A stretch of 12,635 bases of DNA from a bacterium. GTDB taxonomy: Bacteria; Zhuqueibacterota; Zhuqueibacteria; Oceanimicrobiales; Oceanimicrobiaceae. Shown in pieces: positions 8,279 through 12,635 of the stretch; position 1 is the stretch's first letter; every line of letters begins with the position of its first letter. The notes beneath the pieces are model-generated. The model had not been told where the DNA came from. It saw only the letters and a list, made by a program, of their open reading frames with translations, and did no database searches. The stretch spans positions 1 to 12,635 of the forward strand of contig JBHHXT010000136.1 in assembly GCA_046757165.1 (NCBI GenBank), in the 5' to 3' direction. The position numbers and the translations under genes were made by a program.

Positions 8279-8487
8279 AATGGAACACGAATAAGACGGA
8301 TCTAACGGATCGAAACGGATTGGACTTAGTCCTATCGCGGCAAAGCCGCAATAAAATGATGAACCGCAAAGACGCAAAACTCGCAAAGGTTCCAATCTCA
8401 AGAGACGTATGGCTCATGAATTTTTTGCTTTTCACCCAAAATCAGATCCGTGTAAATCCGTTACATCCGTTAAATCCGCGTTCCATT
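8279..8487. repeat. 42-bp imperfect inverted repeats (8279-8320 and 8446-8487) built from 9-10-bp ACGGAT units, enclosing a hairpin and a CGCAAA-periodic repeat
   Basis: Left arm aatggaacacgaataagacggatctaacggatcgaaacggat versus reverse complement of the right arm aatggaacgcggatttaacggatgtaacggatttacacggat. Internal gcggc-aaa-gccgc (8337-8349) and aaccgcaaagacgcaaaactcgcaaag (8362-8388). Confidence 0.8.
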
Positions 8488-9333
8488 CTCTTTGTTCACG
8501 AACGTTTTTTTTTTGCGCTTTTCATTCAATTTCTGGCCGACGATGACCAGGCCTTGCAAGGCCAGAAACGGCTCGTGGAGGACCTCTGGCATGCGTGGCG
8601 CGATCAGCCGCCCGGCGCCGCCGGTGACGACGATCACCGGCTTTTCGGACAAGCTCTCCTGGTGCAATCGCACCAGCTCCTTGACGCCACCGAACTGGCC
8701 CCAGAACAAGCCGCTGCGCAGCGCGTCGCGGGTGTTCTTGCCGATCGAGTTTGGCGTGCGTCGCGCCAGCTCTTCATTGGTGATATGAGGCAGCATCGCC
8801 GTGTATTGATGCAGGGCGATCGCGCCGAGTTGAAAGCCGGGCAAGATGGCGCCGCCTTCAAATGTACCGGCAGCAGAAACGACATCGATGGTCGTTGCCG
8901 TGCCACTGTCGATGATGATCATCGGCCGGCCGGCAGGGCGGATGATGTTGCCGGCGATGGCATTGAGCAGCCGGTCGACGCCAACGGTGCGCGGGGAGGC
9001 GACGTTGATTTTGATCGGCAGCACAAAGGGGTTGTCGATGATCACAGGGTCCGGCCAACCGGTGGCCGGCCAGCCATCCAACACTTTGTCCCGCCCACGC
9101 GGATTCACGCCCCCGAGAATGACGGCCGCGACCAGGTCCGGCGCGTTTTCTGTCCACCGCGCCAGCTCCTCCCAGGGCACGGATTCATCGAGGTTGATCG
9201 CCATGGAGCGCAAATATTTTGGCAGGTGACCGCCCTGCCGGAAGTCGTCGTTTTTCTCGAACAGGCCGAGCTTGATGCGGCTGTTGCCGACGTCGATGGT
9301 GATCAGTTTGGGTGTGACTGTTTTGTTTTCCAC
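8470..9333 (-). CDS. coaX: Type III pantothenate kinase
   Basis: All CoaX motifs are present: 'IDVGNSRIK', 'GVDRL', 'IIDSGTATTID', 'GGAILPG', 'IGKNTRDALRSG', 'VVTGGAG', 'LALQGL'. GTG start. Confidence 0.93.
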   Translation of the reverse strand: MENKTVTPKLITIDVGNSRIKLGLFEKNDDFRQGGHLPKYLRSMAINLDESVPWEELARWTENAPDLVAAVILGGVNPRGRDKVLDGWPATGWPDPVIIDNPFVLPIKINVASPRTVGVDRLLNAIAGNIIRPAGRPMIIIDSGTATTIDVVSAAGTFEGGAILPGFQLGAIALHQYTAMLPHITNEELARRTPNSIGKNTRDALRSGLFWGQFGGVKELVRLHQESLSEKPVIVVTGGAGRLIAPRMPEVLHEPFLALQGLVIVGQKLNEKRKKKTFVNKENGTRI

Positions 9334-9351
9334 CGTTCCTGCCGCTTCCCG

Positions 9352-10698
9352 TTAATTCTGATGAGTGGTCTTGTTGATAATGTACTTGAACTTCCCGTTT
9401 GCAGACACCGGCAAACTGTCCGTGACCTTGATTTCCAAACGCATGCCCGGAAACTTTTTGCTCAAAAAACGCCGCATGCGTTCGATCTCGGCCTCGGATG
9501 GGGGCCGGTCCGGCTTGAGATAGACCCACAGCTCTAGCCGGTTCTCCTGTACGACACAGAACTGAGCGATCCAGGCCACGTCTTTAAACAGATAGGAAAA
9601 AAACTCCTCGTGGTAGCGTTCGCCGGCCCGTGATTCAATGAAATCGGGGGTGCGCCCGATAATCGTCTGCAGCAGCGGCAAGCCCCGGCCGCACGCGCAG
9701 GCGTGTGCGGCAAACGTGCCTTTGTCTCCGAGCTTGTACCGAATGAACGGCATGGCGTAGTTGTTGAGATCGGTTGTCACGACCTCGCCAATTTCCCCCG
9801 GTTCAGCAAGCCGGCCATTTTCGGCCACGATTTCAACAAAACAGCTTTCGGAAACGCAGTGCAGGCCCTCTTGTTTTTCACATTCGAATGCGAACGCCCC
9901 GCCGTCTGCGGCGCCGTAGAAGTCGTAAACCCGGCAGTCGAAAACGCGCTCGATGGTTTCGCGGTATTTCGGTTGCAGGACCTCGGCGGTGGTGAAGACG
10001 GCGTGAAAGCGAATATCGGTGATATGGTTGTCTTGCAGGAATTTTGCCAGCAGGTAGGCGCTGGAGGCGTAGGCGTGCAGATAGCGCGCCTTGAATCCTC
10101 TGAGCTTGCCCACCCACTGCTGCATGCTTTCGTCGCTCATGCCAAAAGCGGAAAGCAGCAGCCAGTTGTTCAACTTGACATAAAACCATTTCTTGACGGC
10201 GTACGCAGAGGGGGTCAGGGAGGTGCCACCGAGAACCACCATGCGGTCGCCCGGATCCCAGCCCGCCGTATTCCAGAGCCGGTAGATGTGCGCCCACTGG
10301 GCGCTGCGCGATTTCTTGTCCATGTAGTACGTGAGCGGCCGGCCTGTCGAGCCACCGGTTGCCTTCCTGTGCGGCTTGAACCTCTCTTTGTTTTTGGCCA
10401 GCATGCGGTCTCCGGCAGCGCGTACCGTTTCTTTGCTCAGCAGCGGTAAGCCTCTGAAATCCCCCAGCGTCCGGATAGCTTCCGGCTTGACGCCATTTTC
10501 GTCGAATAACCTCCGGTAGTAAGGGACGTTGGTGTAGGCATGGCTGAGCAGGCTCCTGATTTTCTCCAGTTGTCTTGCGACAATTTTTTCATACGGCCAC
10601 CACTGCGAGCGCTTGTACGCCTCGAAGAGTTCAAGGGCCTCCGTCTTGCGGAAGAAATCGACCAGGTGAAGTTTGGTTTTGTCCAGGTGGATGATCAT
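9352..10698 (-). CDS. Phenylacetate-CoA ligase family / CapK-like adenylate-forming enzyme of capsule loci
   Basis: 'HAYTNVPYYRRLF', 'LPLLSKE', P-loop 'TGGSTGRP', 'YDFYGA', 'FECE', 'VTTDLNNYAMPFIRYKLGD', 'IIGR', 'NGKFKYII'. Confidence 0.9.
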   Translation of the reverse strand: MIIHLDKTKLHLVDFFRKTEALELFEAYKRSQWWPYEKIVARQLEKIRSLLSHAYTNVPYYRRLFDENGVKPEAIRTLGDFRGLPLLSKETVRAAGDRMLAKNKERFKPHRKATGGSTGRPLTYYMDKKSRSAQWAHIYRLWNTAGWDPGDRMVVLGGTSLTPSAYAVKKWFYVKLNNWLLLSAFGMSDESMQQWVGKLRGFKARYLHAYASSAYLLAKFLQDNHITDIRFHAVFTTAEVLQPKYRETIERVFDCRVYDFYGAADGGAFAFECEKQEGLHCVSESCFVEIVAENGRLAEPGEIGEVVTTDLNNYAMPFIRYKLGDKGTFAAHACACGRGLPLLQTIIGRTPDFIESRAGERYHEEFFSYLFKDVAWIAQFCVVQENRLELWVYLKPDRPPSEAEIERMRRFLSKKFPGMRLEIKVTDSLPVSANGKFKYIINKTTHQN

Positions 10699-10780
10699 GG
10701 GTGTTTGTTTGGCTTAAAACACGTTCAATGTTAAGTTCTTTGGGTAAAGATCAACTTTGGGCTGAAACCTTGTAAAAAGC

Positions 10781-10839
10781 CAAACCACAAACATCAAATT
10801 ACAAATGAATTCCAATCTCAAAACACCAATATCCGAAAC
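10781..10839. repeat. Degenerate ~7-bp-period tract (caaacca-caaacat-caaatta-caaat..) of the kind that flanks four-helix-bundle genes
   Basis: Periodic (C)AAA/(C)AAT units with almost no G on +, lying just downstream of the four-helix-bundle remnant stop codon. Confidence 0.6.
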
Positions 10840-10853
10840 AAAGGTGTCTATCA

Positions 10854-10958
10854 TTATTTTGATTTTTCCGCTATTGAAGAAAAGATCTTTTTCAATTCGT
10901 TTGCCTCTTGTATCGACTTATCTTTATTCTCATCGAAAAGTCTTACAGCTTTAGCAAA
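10854..10958 (-). pseudogene. Internally deleted four-helix-bundle (23S rRNA IVS protein / TIGR02436-like) gene remnant
   Basis: Reads FAKAVRLF-DENKDK-SIQEANELKKIFSSIAEKSK*. The first part resembles helix 1 (..LEERTxxFAKxVRxF) and the last part the family C-terminus (..LIQEAxELKKIFSSIxxKS). There is no start codon, and an in-frame TAA lies immediately upstream. Confidence 0.72.
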
Positions 10959-10974
10959 TTACCCACACCCGACG

Positions 10975-11193
10975 TCACCGCAACACTCTCAGTGCCCTGC
11001 CGAGAGTGAACAGAGCCGAGCCAAGAAAACCCAGAAATACCAAAGCGCCGATGCGCACGACACGCCACTCCAGCGATACGTCTGCCTCGGCCCGGTAAAT
11101 GTCGGTCAACGCCAAATGGCTCAACAAGAGGGCGACCAAGGCCACGACTCCCAGACTTATCGTCACGCGAATTTGTGTTTTTAGATGCCTCAT
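10975..11193 (-). CDS. Small hypothetical membrane protein, 72 aa, two predicted TM helices
   Basis: Hydrophobic stretches ISLGVVALVALLLSHLAL and IGALVFLGFLGSALFTL; GGAAGGA RBS upstream of ATG 11193. Confidence 0.7.
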   Translation of the reverse strand: MRHLKTQIRVTISLGVVALVALLLSHLALTDIYRAEADVSLEWRVVRIGALVFLGFLGSALFTLGRALRVLR

Positions 11194-11294
11194 GGTGTGT
11201 TCCTTCCGTTTAGATGGTCTCTCAACGCAACTGGCAAACGTTTATCCATGCTAACGTACCAAAGAAAAATGTGAGTGTCCAAAAGAAGTTTCAC
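11190..11294 (-). pseudogene. vapC: Truncated VapC/PIN-domain toxin (N-terminal ~26 aa only)
   Basis: GTG 11294 overlaps the antitoxin TGA (GTGA). It reads MKLLLDTHIFLWYVSMDKRLPVALRD then HLNGRNTP*. 'LLLDTHxFLW' is the classic PIN N-terminus. Not in the ORF track. Confidence 0.85.
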
Positions 11295-11536
11295 TGTCCC
11301 TCAAATCCTTTAATTATATCCTCAGGCAATGGTACATCAAAATCATCCGGAACAGTAAAGTCTCCTTCACAAAGCCCAAACGGTCGGAGTTTGGACGTAT
11401 CCTGGCTAACTGGCTTAGTTTCAGCCAACGGTTTTCCAGCTTTCATAATTAAGAGTATCTCTCCTGATTCTACTCGTTTGAGAAATTTTGAGAAGTCGCG
11501 CTTTATCTCATCGACACTAATTTGATTTACAAGCAT
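11291..11536 (-). CDS. Type II antitoxin, Phd/YefM family (VapB role)
   Basis: 'ISVDEIKRDFSKFLKRVESGEILLIMKAGKPLA..RPFGLCEGDFTVPDDFDVPLPEDIIKGFEG'. GGAG RBS at 11550-11547 supports ATG 11536 rather than 11659. Confidence 0.88.
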   Translation of the reverse strand: MLVNQISVDEIKRDFSKFLKRVESGEILLIMKAGKPLAETKPVSQDTSKLRPFGLCEGDFTVPDDFDVPLPEDIIKGFEGQ

Positions 11537-11583
11537 TGTCTCGAAACTCCACACTAAATTCAATATTAATAGCCATAGGCAGC

Positions 11584-11619
11584 AATATATGACAAATCTT
11601 CGATAATCGCAACTTGCGA
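11584..11619 (-). promoter_or_regulatory. Putative sigma70 promoter of the antitoxin-toxin pair with an overlapping palindromic operator
   Basis: Minus strand TTGCGA (11612-11607), 17 nt, TATATT (11589-11584). Perfect palindrome tcgcaa-c-ttgcga at 11607-11619 overlaps the -35 box. Confidence 0.5.
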
Positions 11620-11711
11620 AAGACACAAAAGCGACCCAAGCCCGCCCAGGGTGCGCCAATGTTGCATCGCCGGGGGGAAACTCCTGAGCGCCTGCTGAAA
11701 TTTAGCTGAAA

Positions 11712-12281
11712 TCACATCAATTCGTAGAACGAATCTTTACCTAAGTGTCTGACATAATTCCTGACATGGGCTTCCAGTGTATCGATATGGCCAATGCATA
11801 TCCAATCATCGATTGAGCCCTGGAAACAATATCGCTTCGCGATGAATAATCGCCTCTCCTTATCAATCAACTCGAATTTCATTACTGCCTCATAGTGCAA
11901 TAGTTCTTGCCTCAGAGATTCATCGAATCCGACCGAGGAAAAAGTCTTCAGTATGTCGGCCAGGCGATCCCCCTTATCTTCAGCAACATAAACAACTATC
12001 GCATCTTTTTTGATGTCAATCTTGAAACAGGTCACATCGCTGTTGGTCTCGCAGCCGTGTTCGACCATGGTTCTTTCTGTCTCCGATATCAATGTTGGTT
12101 GAATCTTCCGTAGAAAAACCTGTGCATTCGGGGTTTCGTAGATCTCGTATCCCACCGGAATCGATGCCATCAACTTACCTGTCTGACTCTGAGAAAAGTA
12201 GTATTTCGGGTTGCCCTTTTTCGTCTTGCCGACATGCAGATAGAAAATCTTTCCTTTTCGATTCTGATATTCAAGCGCCAT
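11712..12281 (-). CDS. Hypothetical protein (189 aa, MALEYQNRKGKIFYLHVGKTKKGNPKYYFS..)
   Basis: Has its own AAGGGG RBS and ATG (12281, or 12287) inside the 269-aa ORF. Globular composition; function not recognised. Confidence 0.7.
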   Translation of the reverse strand: MALEYQNRKGKIFYLHVGKTKKGNPKYYFSQSQTGKLMASIPVGYEIYETPNAQVFLRKIQPTLISETERTMVEHGCETNSDVTCFKIDIKKDAIVVYVAEDKGDRLADILKTFSSVGFDESLRQELLHYEAVMKFELIDKERRLFIAKRYCFQGSIDDWICIGHIDTLEAHVRNYVRHLGKDSFYELM

Positions 12282-12356
12282 TTCCATTCCCCTTTTTTCT
12301 GATTTCACTACCTCAGTGTTACGGCCGCAAGTACTAACCTTGGCTATTACATCCGG

Positions 12357-12521
12357 TAACCATTCGTTTACACTTGTTTCAGTGCCAACGTTTTTCTCCC
12401 TGGCATATTTCTGAATAAATTCAGCTATCTCAGGCTCCAGATAAACGGGCAGATTTATTTCAGTACCAGGGTGGTAGAATTTACCACGCTCGCCTTTGGA
12501 GAAGTCGTATTCTTTTTTCAT
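12357..12521 (-). pseudogene. BrnA/CopG-like antitoxin, C-terminally truncated and read through in frame into the downstream gene
   Basis: 'MKKEYDFSKGERGKFY..LPVYLEPEI..A..K..VNEWL' matches short antitoxins usually found downstream of BrnT. Resemblance stops after VNEWL, and no stop codon follows. Confidence 0.65.
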
Positions 12522-12635
12522 TATTGGGTGAGCTGGCGAAGCTGCGGTTCAAAATGGTTCAACATTCTTGAGATTTCCAGACCCATCAAAAAGTAACTGT
12601 GGGTTCATGAAAAGAATAGTAAGCATCTTCTGGGC

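Noticed and set aside
8356..8445. GxxExxY gene remnant inside the ACGGAT element (MMNRKDAKLAK..LMNF)
   Set aside because: Only a 3-4 residue resemblance (LMNF versus LINF); too weak to call.
8233..9537. 434-aa plus-strand ORF
   Set aside because: Antisense to coaX and the capK-like gene; its N-terminus is translated repeat DNA.
9703..10449. 248-aa plus-strand ORF, and similar shadows at 7559-8305, 5315-5863, 4817-5302 and 3569-4105
   Set aside because: All lie opposite well-supported genes in GC-rich DNA, where antisense frames stay open.
10854..10958. Diversity-generating retroelement (Avd-like helix bundle)
   Set aside because: No reverse transcriptase, and no TR/VR pair differing at adenines.
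10854..12635. Integron cassette array
   Set aside because: Genes are small and co-oriented, but no paired RYYYAAC..GTTRRRY attC sites were found at the junctions and there is no intI in the window.

Overview
Bacterial surface-polysaccharide (EPS/capsule/O-antigen-like) locus. A secreted parallel beta-helix protein on + (84-1751) converges on a minus-strand run of seven genes: CapK/PaaK-like adenylate-forming enzyme, type III pantothenate kinase (coaX), Gfo/Idh/MocA oxidoreductase, NAD-dependent epimerase/dehydratase, GT4 glycosyltransferase, hexapeptide N-acetyltransferase and an asparagine-synthase-like protein. The main unexplained structure is non-coding: every large intergenic gap holds a different palindromic or short-period repeat element. 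(i) 4243-4602: ~100-bp three-hairpin inverted repeats enclose a 115-bp remnant that keeps only the start (MPHSMVQ) and end (IDERYVWD*) of an IS200/IS605-RAYT-type transposase. (ii) 6841-7060: two interleaved REP-like hairpin families. (iii) 8279-8487: ACGGAT-periodic inverted repeats, one arm of which supplies the coaX stop codon. (iv) 10781-10958: a 7-bp-period tract beside an internally deleted four-helix-bundle gene remnant. The AT-richer right end (about 10.7-12.6 kb) is a co-oriented mosaic of a truncated BrnA-like antitoxin fused in frame to a hypothetical gene, an intact Phd/YefM antitoxin with a truncated VapC toxin, and a small membrane protein. Family assignments come from motif recognition only; no searches were run.
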